Counted from the first letter of the stretch, positions 12,520 to 26,089 are shown. The stretch is DNA of 64,000 nucleotides from Lama glama (GCA_028534125.1 CM052818.1:14820001-14884000), one strand, 5' to 3'. The notes: generated by a model from the letters alone, not told the origin. A program made the numbers and translations.

Positions 12520-14235
12520 CTGTTTAAAAGCAATATTTTTATTTACCATCACATCAAAAGAATAAAATACATAGGAATAAATCTAACTAAAGACATAAAA
12601 GACTTGTACTCAGAAAATTATAAGATAGTGATGAAAGAAACTGAAGATGACACAAACAGATGGAAAGATATACAATATTCCTGGACTGAAAGAGTTTCTA
12701 TTGTTAAAATAACCATAATACCCCAGGCAATCTGCAGATTCAATGCAATTCCTATCAAAATACTAATGGCATTTTTCATAGAACTAGAACAAATAATTCT
12801 AAAATTTGTATGGAACCACAAAAGAACCAGAATAGCCAAAACAATCTTGAGAAGGAAGAACAGAGCTGGAGGTATCATGCTCCCTGACTTCAGACTATAC
12901 TACAAAGGTACGGTAGTCAAAACATATGGTATTGGCACAAAAACAGACACACAGATTAATGGAACAGAATAGAAAGTGCAGAATGAATCCATACTTATAT
13001 GAGCAATTAATTTATGACAAAGGAGGCAAGAATATACAATGGGGAAAGGGTAGCCTCTTCAACAAATGGTACTGGGAAAACTGGACAGCTACATGCAAAA
13101 GAATCAAACTGGACTACTCTCTTACACCATGCACAAAAATAAATTCAAAATAGATTAAAGACTGAAATGTAAGGCCTGAGATCATAAATCTCCTAGAATA
13201 AAGCATAGGCAGAACATACTTTGACATAAATTATAGCAATATTTTTCTGGATCTGTTTCCTAAGGCAAAGGAAACAAAAGCAAAAATTAACAAATGGGAC
13301 CCAATTAAACCTAAAAGTTTTGACATAGCAAAGGAAACCATAGACAAGACAAAAAGACAACCAACTGAATGGAAGAAAATATTTGCAAATGATATGACCA
13401 TGAAGGGGTCAATATCCAAAAACACATAAATAGCTCATACAACTCAACATCAAAAAAAAAACAAACAAACCAAAAAAAAAAACCTGATTTAAAATTGGGC
13501 AAAAGACCTGAATAGGCATTTTTCCAAAGAAGAATACAGATAGCCAACAGGCATATGAAAAGATACTCAACATCACTAATTATCAGAGAAACGCAAATTA
13601 AAATCACACTGAGATATCAACTCACAGCTGTCAGAATGGCTATTATCAAAAAGACCACAAATAACAAATGTTGGTGAGGATGTTGAGGAAAGGGAACCCT
13701 TGTACATTGTTGGTGGGAATGTAAATTGGTACAGCCACTGTGGAAAACAGTATGGCAATTCCTTAAGAGATTAAAAATAAACTACCATATGATCCAGCAA
13801 TACCACTCCTAAGTATTTATCTGAAGAAAACAAAAATACTAATTAGAAAAAATATATGCACACCTCTATTTATTGCAGGACTATTTGTAATAGCCAAGAT
13901 ATGGAAGAAATCAACAGGTGAATGGATAAAGATCTGTGTGTGTGTAATGGACTGTCACTCAGCCACAAAAAAAAAAGAGTGAAATCTTGCCATTTTTGAC
14001 AACATGGGTGGAGCTAGAGGGTATTATGCTGACTGAAATAAGTCAGACGGAGAAAGACAAACATTGTATGTTTCACTTATATGTGGAATCCAAAAAAGCA
14101 AAACAAATGAACTAACATAACATAACATAAACATAGTCATAGATATAGAGAACAAACAGGTGTTTTCCAGAGGGGAGGCAGGGAGGGGAAGGAAAGAAAT
14201 AGGTGAGGGAGATTATCAGGTACAAACTTCCAGTG
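12520..14235 (+). mobile_element. L1 (L1MA9/laurasiatherian-type) ORF2 3' part and 3' UTR, disrupted
   Basis: ORFs 12604-12972 and 12926-13153 encode ORF2 fragments (FNAIPIKI...[29 protein letters not shown]) with frameshifts and stops. No poly(A) end. Confidence 0.93.
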
Positions 14236-14469
14236 ATGCCCAGACTGCTGGTCCTCAGACAGTACTTAAAGTAGAGGGGGATTATGGTATGGTTTCAAAT
14301 TCAAGACATTCACTGAGGCATAATATTGGAATAGGGAGAGAAAGCATGCCACAAAGAAAAAATAATTTTTTTACCAAACTTATTATTCTAGTCTGTTCAA
14401 TTTGTTTGCAAGGAACAGATATTTCTCACTCAACCAGCTGAAGTAAAAAGGGAGATATGCCATCAGAAG

Positions 14470-14795
14470 AGAACATAGAGAATGTCATTCTAAGTGAATT
14501 AAGCCAGAAAGAGAAAGAAAAATACAATATATAACTCATATGTGGAATCTAAAAAAAACAAAAAAGAAAACACTAATGAACTCATCTATAAAACAGAACC
14601 AGACTCACAGACATAGTAAACAATCTTATGGTTACCAGGGGAAAGGGAGTGGGAAGGGATAAATCTGGGAGTTTGAGATTTGCAAATGTTAACCACTATA
14701 TATAAAAATAGATTAAAAACAAATTTCTTCTGTATAGCACAGGGAACTATATTCAATATCTTATAATAACCTTTTATGAAAATGAGTATGTGTGA

Positions 14796-14830
<35 letters not shown>

Positions 14831-14925
14831 CATATATGTGTGTTGGGATATTGTTCTATATACCAGAAATTGACACCCTGTAACTGACTACACTTCAATT
14901 TAAATTTTTTTTTAAATTTTTTAAA
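14470..14925 (+). mobile_element. 5'-truncated cetartiodactyl/camelid L1 3' end with internal (TG)n
   Basis: cattctaagtgaattaagccagaaagagaaagaaaaata...ctgtatagcacagggaactatattcaata...ccagaaattgacac...cttcaatt. Near-paralogous to 26090-26560. Confidence 0.88.
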
Positions 14926-16065
14926 AGAACACAGAATTTTACAGAAACAAATGCAGAGAGTATGGCAGACTCTCCATGAAACAGAAAGGCGAGACTCTAC
15001 TATCTCTATCTTTTCGACTGTATGCTTTCTAGTCTCCTTCTGCTTCTTCCTCCCGCTTACTCATCAGTTTGCCCATTAGGACTGTCAGTCCTGACTCTAA
15101 ATAACTTTCAGTTCAAGCCTCCGGCACCATCTTACTGTGGATTCTTTAAGTCTCAGTTCATATTCTCAGGAGAGAACCCGAATGGACCAGTCTTTGGATG
15201 GGTCCCCAGGGTCAGGAGTCCATCTCTGGTTCAGTTATCTGTTACCTGGACAGAGAGAGAGTCTTTAATATGATATTTCAGGGACTGTGAGAGAAACGAA
15301 GAAGGAAAGTTGGGCAGGGCAGGCAAACTGACCAAGAGATCTGCTAAACTGACTGGTGGGAGAGAATCTCAGGTTCAGCTGAGAGGCCTCTATTGTTTGC
15401 ACAAGATGTCAAGTACTTTCCCTTCTCTAAAGGTAGTGCTTTTCTGAACATGTTAAAGCATTGAGAAACCAGTTCTGCCAGCCTTGAGCTATGATCTACC
15501 TCCAGACTACATGAGTTGGAGAAAAATCCACCGAGGTTGAAGAAGCAGGTCTGTTCCCAGCATTGCTGTGCATTCCCTACCCCAACCGCACGTACATGAG
15601 CCTGGAGAAGGGAGTTCCTAACCCTCAAATGAAGGAATTTTTAAGAGAATCATTTGGAGAGCTTGACTTGTGTCTCTTGGAATTTGGGGGTACATGGGAA
15701 TTGTAGTCTCATTCTGAAAAGTCTAAAAGTGAAAGACTGGCTACATCAGCTAGAGATGGCAGAGCAGAGGAAGGGAGAGAAGGGCAGAAGGAGACAGAGA
15801 GATGCAGTCCCAGAAGTAAACTACATTCACATTGATGTGGAAGGGGGAATAGGGCTTGAACAAAGTAGGATCCTGCAGGAGGAAGCTGGCCTTTAAAAGG
15901 TCCTTGCTCCTTTTCAGAGTAACGCTGTATCAAATGCGGACCGCTAACATGATGGACTAGACTTTTCACTATCTAAGAATTACCTAAAAGGTATGAGATC
16001 TGCCCAAGATTTTATCCTAGTGATATAAGAAAAAGTGGGGTGCAAGGGGATGGCCATGTCCCAGG

Positions 16066-16612
16066 TGTCAGTTGAGTGCCTGGGATGCGCCCCACCAAGT
16101 TAGGGTCCTTGGCTTCAAGCAGGAAAGAATTCAAAAGCAAGCCATAGTTGAGTAAAAGTAAATTTGTTTCAAGAGATATACATGGGGCAGGGAAGTGGGG
16201 GAGGGTGTCAAAGTAAAGTTAGATACACACTCCATAGACAAAGTACGGACCATCTAGGAAGGCAAGAGAGAGCAACCTCCTGGGGAGGTATTGCTAGTTT
16301 TCATATGCTAATAAGTGAGAGGATTATTCCAACTACTTCGAGGAAGAGGTGGGGATTCCTGAGAATTGGGCCACCTCCCTCTCTTTGACCTTTCAGGGTT
16401 AGCTTTGGAACTGTCCTGGAGCCTATGGGTGTGTCATTCACCATGCTAGTACATTATAATGTGCATAATGAAGCTCAAGATCCACTGGAGGTCAAATCTC
16501 CTGCCACCTTGGGCCTCCAGGTCTATTGGGAGTTGACTTTTCCACCATCTTGGTGCTAACTGCTGTGTCATTCCCTTAACGGCTGTGTCCTGCCCCCTTC
16601 CATCCTGTCTCA
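16066..16612 (-). mobile_element. ERV1-class solo LTR
   Basis: TG...CA termini (tgtcagtt...ctgtctca); 4-bp TSD cagg/caag; internal gcaggaaagaattcaaaagcaagcc and ccatcttgg motifs as in ERV1 LTRs. Confidence 0.75.
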
Positions 16613-17603
16613 CAAGGTCTGAAGAATGGTGAATCTTCAGAGCTGGTTTAAAGGAAGAATTGCAGGGGAGGGTCTTGCCTGCACCCTACTAAATCCAACA
16701 TGTTCTTTAAAACAGCTACATTTGCCAAATTATGTCATCCCAATTGTGGTTACAGATTCTAGGCGGCTGATTAATTGGAGAACAGTCTAGCAGCCTAAAA
16801 ACAGAACTTGGAATTAAAGATTTGTTCATTTTTCAACTTCTATTTTTTTCCCTTGAGATAAAATTGTGCTTCATTTGGAGTTTAGAACCCAACAAAAAGC
16901 TCTCTAGATGCTCCAATGAATTAGACCTTCAGGAAATGGATATATGAATCAAGAAAGAATGACAGGAGATGAGGGAAAGAGAGAAATATTCTCATTTCTA
17001 TAAAAGCCACACAAGATTTTCTACTGCAAGTTTATGACAGACTGGAGAATGGAGAAGCTAGCCGAATAGTATCATGTACTTTGAGATCATTAGGTGAAAT
17101 GTAATACTTACAGCCTCAATTTATCTCAGTTAAACTAGTAAAGATGAGTATGACTCCAGCCCCACCCTTATCTTCACCAAAGGAGCCCATAAGCTGAGGA
17201 AGGAAGCCAGCCACACAAACCAAAGGTTTACATCCCCAGGTGTGCCCCACCTGCCTGGATTCTGCTAAGCTTCTTAGAAGTTCCACTGTAACCACAACCA
17301 CAGATTCTTATCCAGTGTCCCAGGTGTTACTTTGATTAGTAAACAATTCTCATTTCTCATGCTAACTGTTAAATTAATTCATTCAAAAAAATTTTTTTTC
17401 TTGTAGTGCCTTCTCTGTTTGGCAGTGTTCAATCAATATACTCATAAACTCTTTTGAAACTTATATTTGAGCTTGTGGCAGTACACATAATAAAAAATTA
17501 ATCCATTAAAATATATCAGATGATGATAAATGTTATATTAACTAAACAATGGCATGGGAAAGGAACAGGTTGCTTAGAGGGTTGGGATTTAAAAAAGAGG
17601 GTC

Positions 17604-18098
17604 TTTATCCAGAAGATGTGGTATCTTTATACAATGGAATACTATTCAGCCATAAAATGACGACATAACACCATTTGCAGCAACATGGATGTTCCTGGAG
17701 GATGTAATTCTAAGTGAAGTAAGCCAGAAAGAGAAAGAAAAATACCATATGAGATCACTCATATGTGGAAACTTAAAAAAAAAACATAAATACAAAATAG
17801 AAACAGGCACAGATATAGAAGACAAATTTGTGGTTGCCAAGGTGGCAGGGGGTGGGAAGGGACAGACTGGGAGTTCAAAATTTGTAGATACTGACAGGCA
17901 TATGCAGAATAGATAAACAAGATTATACTATACAGCACAGGGAAATATATACAAGATCTTGTGGTAGCTCACAGCGAAAAAAAAAGTGACAATGTATATA
18001 TGTATGTTCATGTATAACTGAAAAATTGTGCTCTACACTGGACTTTGACACAACATTGTAAAATGACTATAACTCAATAAAAAAAAGTAAAATAAAAT
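17604..18098 (+). mobile_element. Camelid-type L1 3' end inserted into an L2
   Basis: acaccatttgcagcaacatggatg...ttgacacaacattgtaaaatgactataactcaataaaa plus A-rich tail; TSD aaaaaagagggtc (17591-17603) / aaaatagcgggtc (18099-18111). Confidence 0.9.
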
Positions 18099-18111
18099 AA
18101 AATAGCGGGTC

Positions 18112-18552
18112 AGAGAAGGCCTCCTAAAGGTGACATTTTGAGCAAACATGTGAAAGAGGTGAGGCCCCCTGCCACATAGACATATTTGGGGAAAGCATTC
18201 CAGACAAAGACAATACAAGTCTTGAGGTAGGAGCATCTTGACATAGTCAAGGGACAGCAAGAAGTTAGTGTAGCAGGTGCAGAGGGAGAGAGATTGTGAA
18301 AGATGAAGTCAGAGAAGGAAGAAAGGCCAGACTTTGGCTTTTACTCTGAATGAGATGGGAAGCCATTTGAGGGCCAAGGAGTGACATGACCTGACCTGTT
18401 TCAATGGGATCATTCTGGCTGCTGGTTAAGAAAGATGATAAGGGATAGGGAGTGCCAGGGACAGCCTACCAGCTGGGAGGTTCTTGAAATTGTCCAGGCC
18501 AGAGATTATGGAGGCAAGGACTGTGGGTCAAGGTGGCAGTAGACGAAATGAC
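18112..18552 (-). mobile_element. L2 fragment
   Basis: agagaaggcctc...gtgacattttgagc...ggcttttactctgaatgagatgggaagccatttgag...gatcattctggctgctg. Confidence 0.8.
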
Positions 18553-19140
18553 TGTAAGCAGCCAGGGTTGGGGATGGGTGGGGTCCCAGAGAAAGAAAAC
18601 CAGGCATGGCTTTCTTGACATAGAGAAGCCATTTTGGGCCCAAGTCATTTTGTAGTTTAAGCCTGGACACAATGCTTGCTCTTGAACAAGTCTCAGTAAT
18701 TAATGATCTTAAGGGAACAAAAGAATGCAGAGACAAATGACTGTTACTGGGTAAAAGAACTAATAATAGCAAAGACAAAATATCAGTTTTAAAGACTCCC
18801 AGTTCTGTTTCAGTGGTAAAGATTAGCCTGAAGCACTCGACCACCAGACCAACTGGAACCCTAGGAATGATGATGTTGACCTTTTCTGTCTCTCATGACT
18901 TCAGTCAACTAAAGCTTGGACTCTCTTGACTGCCCAAGCCCCTTCATGAGAATGCATGTACCCTTAGCTTAAAACTTCCCCAATTTTGCTGTTTGGGGAG
19001 ACATTGCTTTGGGAAAGATCCCTGGTCTTCTCCTTACTTGCTGCAAGTAATAAACCCTTCCTTCTCTGGATCTTTGGTTTGGTTGTGTCTTTTGGCTTGA
19101 CTGACGCCCACCAAGAGACGAACCCAGTTTTTAGGTAACA
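18553..19140 (+). mobile_element. ERV1-class solo LTR
   Basis: tgtaagca...ggtaaca termini; AATAAA in ctgcaagtaataaaccc; ERV1-like U5 gacgaacccagttt. Confidence 0.75.
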
Positions 19141-20785
19141 TGCGGACAGAAGGAGAAACCAGATTCTGATAAATAACTCCCTGAATGTCATAGTAAGAGG
19201 TACAGTGTTACGCTTTTATTTGGCATGGCAAAAATAGAAAGGCAAATGCAAAACAAATTTAAATTCCACCCTACTAAGGGGAAATGGACTATTTATTTCA
19301 GGAGTATTTTAAATCAGTAAAATCTTTAGGTACTTCTCAAGTACAAAAACTCTAAGATATAGATTCTCTGAAAATTAGAAGAGCCTTGAAACCATTTAAA
19401 ACTCAGATCAAATTCTCTGAAAGTGTTTATGAATTTGACAAAGTGTACTCAAAGAGAAAATGCCTCAGAAAGAAAAAAGAGATTAGATAAAAAAAAAAGG
19501 AGATACACACAGAAAATAGCTGACAATGCACTTAGATGTCAGATTATCATCTGATGTTTCCAATAAAGGTGTAGTACCAGAAGTATACAACCTCATAAGC
19601 TAGCTCATTGCTAAATGACACAGACCATTTTCTAAAGAGGAGAAGCCAATCAGTAGAAATAAAGAGAGACAGAAAAGCAAACTATAGCATTAAGTGTTTG
19701 TGACTTTCAAAGAGATTAATCACTGCATAATAGAAGTCTCCCCCCATTATTCTTATTTTTATGAGAGAGAGAGAGAAGGAGAGAGAGCAGGAGCACGTGC
19801 ATGCCCACCAGAAGGCAACTGGAAAAAATGCTATGTATTCATGACAGATAAGAGAATACAAATCTGAGAATGGAGGAAGCAGAGACATTTTTGAAATGTC
19901 ATCAAAGAGTGCCAATGAATATTATTTCTGCCAGGGAACAGCATGGGAATGTTTTATTCAAGAATATCCAAGGAAATAAAAATTACATTTAAATGGAACA
20001 TGTGTCAGATACGTCAAAAAATTTTAACGAAAAATAGAAAAGCAGCTTCTGGGAATAAAATTGTTGTATTTCTATTCTGGGAATAAAATGTTATACTACA
20101 TATATGCTCATAATAAATAATTACATATTTAACAGCTTGGTTTTCAATATTAAAATGAGGCAAGCCAAACAACAAAGATTTAACAATTTTTTGAGACATT
20201 GCATTTGACTTTGTCATCAATTAGCCGTAATTATTAGCAATGCAACAAGTCTTTTAGCCTTTGTTTGTTCCTCACCTTTCTCCAAAGTAAAATAAAGGGG
20301 ATTTCCTCTCCAAAGTGAGGTGAGAAAGAGAGAGAAAAAAGAGGGAGAGAGAGAGAGAATGAGCAATAGATTACATAGTTTCCTTTGAAATGTTTACATA
20401 CCCTCTTCCCAATCCTTTATGTTCCTTGATAACCTCAGGGACTTCCCTCTTTTTCACCAATAACATCATCCTTGACAATTTCAACATCTCTGTCCACGAC
20501 CTATTGACAAAGTGACCTCACATTTTCTCAGCCTTACTGGCTTCTTACTACCTACCTTTCTCTGATATCAAATCTGCTCAACCTTCCAGATTTTAAACTG
20601 AAATGCCCATCCCCAGCCAACACCTCTTGCCTCATCACTTCTCCCATTCTATTGATCCTGGTATTTGTCCTCAGAGCAACATAAATTCCATCAACCCTCA
20701 ACCAGCAGTGTTGTGGTTAAGACTACAGATTTAATTGATTAATTTTTATTTATTATTTTAATTTATTTTCAAGGCTACAGATTTT

Positions 20786-20853
20786 ATTTTTTTTAATTTT
20801 TTTAAAATTGAAGGATAGTCAGTTTGCAATGTTGTGTCAATTTCTGTTGTACA
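20786..20853 (-). mobile_element. Ultra-short 5'-truncated L1 tail inside a MIR
   Basis: Reverse complement tgtacaacagaaattgacacaacattgcaaactgactatccttcaatt plus A tail; perfect 15-bp TSD aaggctacagatttt (20771-20785, 20854-20868). Confidence 0.85.
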
Positions 20854-22547
20854 AAGGCTACAGATTTTAGAATGAAACTACCTAGGTTTAAATCCTGACT
20901 CTGCCCTTCACTAGCTGAGTGACCAGGGATGAGTTACTTAATCCCTCTATGCCCTAAATTCCTCACAGGATTCCTGTGAAGCTTAAATGAGATAATCCAC
21001 ATTACCCTGGTACATATTAAATACGTGATGAACATTAGCCAGTAGCACCAGTATTTCGTTTGGCTTTACTTGTCCTCTGTAGAGCCTGGTCACCATAGTC
21101 ATCCTGGCTCTCTCTCATTCTGGTTAGTACTAGTCCCTTTCATTATTCACTTTTCTCATCTCAGCTCCTTGATTGAAACTTTGATTACTTCCTGGATCTT
21201 GCTGGATCCTGACTTTAGACCACCGGGGATACTCAGGATTTTTTAAATAATTAATCTCTCCTTGAGTCCTTATTCCATTTCTCACAATTGTTATTCTAAA
21301 TCACCTCTACTTTCCCAAGTCCCATATCTTCCCCTGCCTGAAATATTTTTATGACATGAGGTTGTTTCCAACTTTACTGAGAAGACAGAAACCACCCTGT
21401 TGACAGAAAATGCTTCCCTTATACCCTTATTCCTTTCCACACAGAGGGAACTCAATGGATTTAACTCTTGGCTTCTCTGCCTCTGTACTCTATGTTAGGG
21501 AAAGTGCAATGACTCACCTGGTTGGTAAATTTGTGAAAAGAAACCAGCACTCCCTAACCAGCCTTTAGATCACTTGGTAGCCAGCCAGTTCACACAGCCT
21601 GAACCAATAGCTCTGTCCCTGGATACGAGGTGCTCAGGAGGCCAGCTCCACTCCTGTAAGGCCTGGGGAAATCTACAGTTTAGAATGGGAGTATAATCCT
21701 GAAATTTGAAGACCTTTAATCATATAGATGATGAGGAATATTGAAAAATCGAAACCAAAACTGGGAATGTAGAGGAGCTATATGAATTAACAGATATGAG
21801 TAGACTTTAGTGTGTGGGCAGAATGTTTTGACCTTGGCAGTTGTATGCACTTTTGACAACTGTAGTCTGGGAAAGAGGCTGTAAGTCTCAGAGTATGTGG
21901 TACTCTAACCATAGGAAGCAACTATAGTTTATGGCAGCTTGGTCGATAGGTGAGTGGGTATTTTTACAAAGGCAGGCTTCAGCAAAGGCTTGTGAACCAT
22001 ATGTCCCTTGTCTTGGGCACATGACGTGTAAGTGGTCCCTGCATCCTCTGAAAGGTGAGGCCATACAGGTAAACACTGTGCACGTGCAAAGGCTAGATGG
22101 TGGTGAGATTAGATCCTTTTAGGCATTTGTTGTTTTTAAACTACAGGTCAAGATCTGGATGCCCTTCAGAGAGCTAAACAAGTTCTAACTTTCAGTTGTT
22201 AATGGCATTCAGACAAGTGAAAAATTAAAGGGACTAACTTTATGAACTTGGCTTGTCCACAGACTCAGGAGTAGAAAATATTATAAGAATTACTGGCAAC
22301 TTGGTGGTTATAGATGGGCATGCAGGAATTTCTGTGCCCTGTGGGAACATAACTGAGAAGTTTATGAAATTCAAAAACAGAGGAGAAACATAGTGTCTCA
22401 GAGAGCACTTGGCAAAGGTACTGATTCTCACTACAGTCTAGAGTCCTAGGGGCACAGGCTTTAGAAACATGAACACCAGTTTTGGAATCTGCTGCTGCTG
22501 ATTATTCAGGTGAAACAAAGGCAAGAATAAGACAAAAACCTATGCTA

Positions 22548-24932
22548 CTCTCAGAAAATTAGGAATAGAGTTTAACTTCCTCAATTTGATCAAGAATATC
22601 TATTTAAAAAAAAACTTACATGTAACACCATTCTTAAAAGTGAGAAAATGGAAGCTTTCCCACTACATGAAGAGCAAGTCAAGGATGTGCTCTCTTATTA
22701 CTCCTTTTCAACATCATACTGGAAGTCCTAGCTAATACAATAAGACAGGAAAAGGAAATAAAAGGTATGCAGATTGAGAAGGAAGAAATAAAACTGTCTT
22801 GTTCACAGAAGACATGATTGTCAACGTAGAAAATCCAAACTAATCAACAAAATAAGTCCTGGAAATGACAAGCAATTATAGCAAGGATTGTAGGATACAC
22901 AGTTAGTATACAATAGTCAATTGCTTCCTTATTTACCAGCAAAGAAGAAGTGAAATTTGAAATTAAAAACACAGTATTATTTACATTAGCATCCAAAATA
23001 ATTAAAATGTTTAGATATAAAACCTAACAAAATATGTAAAAGACCTGTGTAAGTAAAACTACAGAATTCTGATGAAATACAGCAAAGAATTAAATAAATG
23101 AGAGTTATACCATGTTCATAGGTAGGAAGACTCAATATTGTCAAGATGTCAATTCTTCCCAACTTGGTTTATATATTCAACACAATCCCAATCAAAACCC
23201 CAGCAAGTTGTTTTGTGGATATTGACAAGCTTATTCTGAAGTTGATAGGGAAGCAAAGACACAGAATAGCCAATTCAATATTGAAGAAGAATAAAGTTAG
23301 AGGACTGACACGACCTGACTTCAAGACTGACTATAAAGACAGAATAATTAAGACAGTGTGGTTATATGTCAATTACATCTCAAAAAAACTTGAATGGAAA
23401 AAAAAGAGTAGATTACTGGCAAAAGAATTTTAAAAATTGATGAATGGAACAGAATAGACCCACATAAACATAACCAGTTGATCTTTGCCAAAGGGACAAT
23501 GATAATACAATGGAGAAAAGACAGTTTTTTCAACAAATGGCTCTGGAACAACTGAATATCCACATCCAAAAGAAAGAATCTAGACACAGATTTTACACCT
23601 TTCACAAAAACTAACTCAAAATAGATTATAAACCCAAATGTAAAGCACAAAATTATAAAATACCTAGAAGATAACCTAGGGGAAAACCTAGATGGCCTTG
23701 GGTGTGGTGGTGACTTTTTAGATATATCATCAAAGGTGTTATCCATGAAAGAAATAAGTGATAGCTGGATTTCATTAAAATTAAAAATTTCTGCTTTATG
23801 AAAGACACTGTCAAGAGAATGAGAAGACAAGCCAAAGGCTGGGAGAAAAATACTTGCAAAAGACACATCTGATAAAAGACTGAAATATATACAAAGAACT
23901 CTTAAAACTCAGCAATAGGAAAATGAACAACCTAATTTAAAATGGGTAAGAGACTTGGACACCTCACTAAAGAAAATATACAGATGGCAAAAAAGCTTAT
24001 GAAAAGCTGCTCAATGTAATAAGTCATTAGGGAATTGTAAATTAAAACAGCAATGGCATGCCACTACACACCTATTAGAAGGGCCAAAATCCAGAACAAT
24101 GACAACACAAAATTCTGGCAAGGATGTGGAGCAATAGGAAACCTCATTGCTGTTAGGAATGCAAAACGGAATCTCTATTTTGTAAGACAGTTTAGTAGGA
24201 TCTTACAAAACTAAACATACGCTTGCCATATGACTCAGCACTTGGTATTGGTATTTACCCAAAGGAATTGAAAACTTTATGTTCACACCAAAACCTGCAC
24301 ACAGATGTTTAGAGCAGTTTTATTCATAATTATCAAAACTTAGAAGCAAGCAAGATATCCTTTGGTAGGTGAATGGATAAACCAATTGTGGTATATCCAG
24401 GCAATGGAACATCATTTAGCACTAAAAAGGAATGAGCTGTCAAGTCGTGGAAAGACATAGAGGTACCCTAAATGTATAATACCAAGTGAAAAAAGCCCAT
24501 CTGAAAAGGTTACATATTGTACAACTCCAACTATGACATTCTGGAAGAGGCAAAACTCTGGAGACAGTGAAAAGATCAGTGGTTGCTGGGAGTCAGGCAG
24601 AAGAGAGGAATGAATATGCAAAGCACAGAGGATTTTTAGAGCAGTGGAACAATTCTGTATGATACAATAATAGTGGATAAATGTCATTATACATTTGCCC
24701 AAACCTATAGAATGTGCAACACCAAGAGTGAACCCTAAGGTAAACTATGGACTTTGGGTGATAATGATGTATCAATGTAGGATCATCCATTATAACCAAT
24801 GTACCACTCTGGTGCAGGATTGCTAGTGGGGCAGGCTGTGCATGTGTAGGGTTAGGGGGTGTATGGTTACTCTAGGTACTTTCCACTCAGTTTTACTGTG
24901 AACTTAAAACTATTCCAAAAATAAAGTCAGTT
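22548..24932 (+). mobile_element. L1MC1-like element (ORF2 3' half and 3' UTR)
   Basis: ORF2 fragments (ILPNLVYIFNTIPIK, PDFKTDYK); L1MC1-type 3' UTR (acaccaagagtgaaccctaaggtaaactatggactttggg); TSD acaaaaacctatgcta / aaaaacacctatgcta. Confidence 0.9.
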
Positions 24933-24969
24933 AAAAACACCTATGCTAGGAAGGAGGTTTCCTTTGACT

Positions 24970-25135
24970 AACAGGGTATTTTTAAAAATTCTTAGGTCTC
25001 ATCTCAAATCCACTGAGTAATTACTACCAGAATGGGATATAGGAAAAAATATTTTTAATAACTGTATTCAGTTATTAAAAAATTATAAGCACTCAGGTGA
25101 TTATTTTGATGAGACAAGTTTGGGAAACACTGGTT
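24970..25135. mobile_element. MER5-type hAT-Charlie MITE
   Basis: ctcaggtgatt...aagtttgggaaacactgg terminus. Confidence 0.6.
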
Positions 25136-25269
25136 TAAGCTATTATATAGCTTAAATGGCCAAGGACTTAACTTTTTGGCTCACAAGGTATTACACAAGC
25201 AGTATTAGTAAGCAGAGTTCATTCTAAATGTAGCAATCAAGGGGCAAGAACTTGGAGTTCCAGGACAAG

Positions 25270-25623
25270 CTTATCCTTCCATGTTTCCTTTGAAGTTGGA
25301 AGGCCACATTACATGCTTTGGCCAATGGTATGTGAATGGAAGTGATGTGAGTGGAAGAGATGTGCACTACTCCCGGGCAGAAATTTCAAAAGCCAGGGAA
25401 AAACTTGTCACATTCCCTTGTCCCTGTTGTGGTGATCATGGAAAAACTTATGGAGATTGTGTCATCCTAGCTCATGATGTGAATACAGCGTGAACAGAAC
25501 TCTCTGCCGACTCATGATGAATGTGTAGTATGAGTGAAAAGTAAACTGCTGTTGTTTCAAGCCACTAAGGCTTTGAGGCCTTTTGTCATTGGCAGCATAA
25601 CCCAGCCTATCATGACTGGTACA
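25270..25623 (+). mobile_element. MLT1J-like MaLR LTR
   Basis: tgctttggccaatgg...ggaagtgatgtg...caagccactaag...cataacccagcctatcatgactggtaca. Confidence 0.75.
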
Positions 25624-26089
25624 GTCTTCAAACTCCACAAATTTCTAAGCTTCACAGAATACAACAAAATCTATCTCAAATGCTACTCTCTGAAAGGAGA
25701 GTTAATATGTAGCAAAATATCCCCCTAGAAATGCAAAGTACAAAGTGCCAAATTAAACGTCTCCTAATTAAGTTTATGTTCACAGGACATGGATTCCAGA
25801 AACCTATATCAGATCAACTGTCTTGGTAAAGCGAAAACTCAGAATTTCTCTCCCTCCCATGCCTGACTCCAGACCTGGTATTTGACTCCCTGACTCCTCT
25901 GACCGGGTATTTGACAACACTGATTAATGGGCTTTGGGAACATATTTTGCCTGAAAAAACTACACCAGAGGCTGAGACTTTTTCTAGACTTGATGAGTTT
26001 TGGGTCAGTGCTGTAATATTTGTGTGTCTTATTCACTTTTTTGACTCTCTAGAAACTCAGTAAGAGACTTGATGTTAATCTAATACAAC

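Noticed and set aside
12604..13758. Protein-coding ORFs
   Set aside because: Broken L1 ORF2 fragments and their antisense shadows; the same applies to the ORFs at 23146-23868 and 35151-35662.
19581..19600. Partial similarity to let-7 (tatacaacct)
   Set aside because: About 10 nt only, with no seed match or hairpin.
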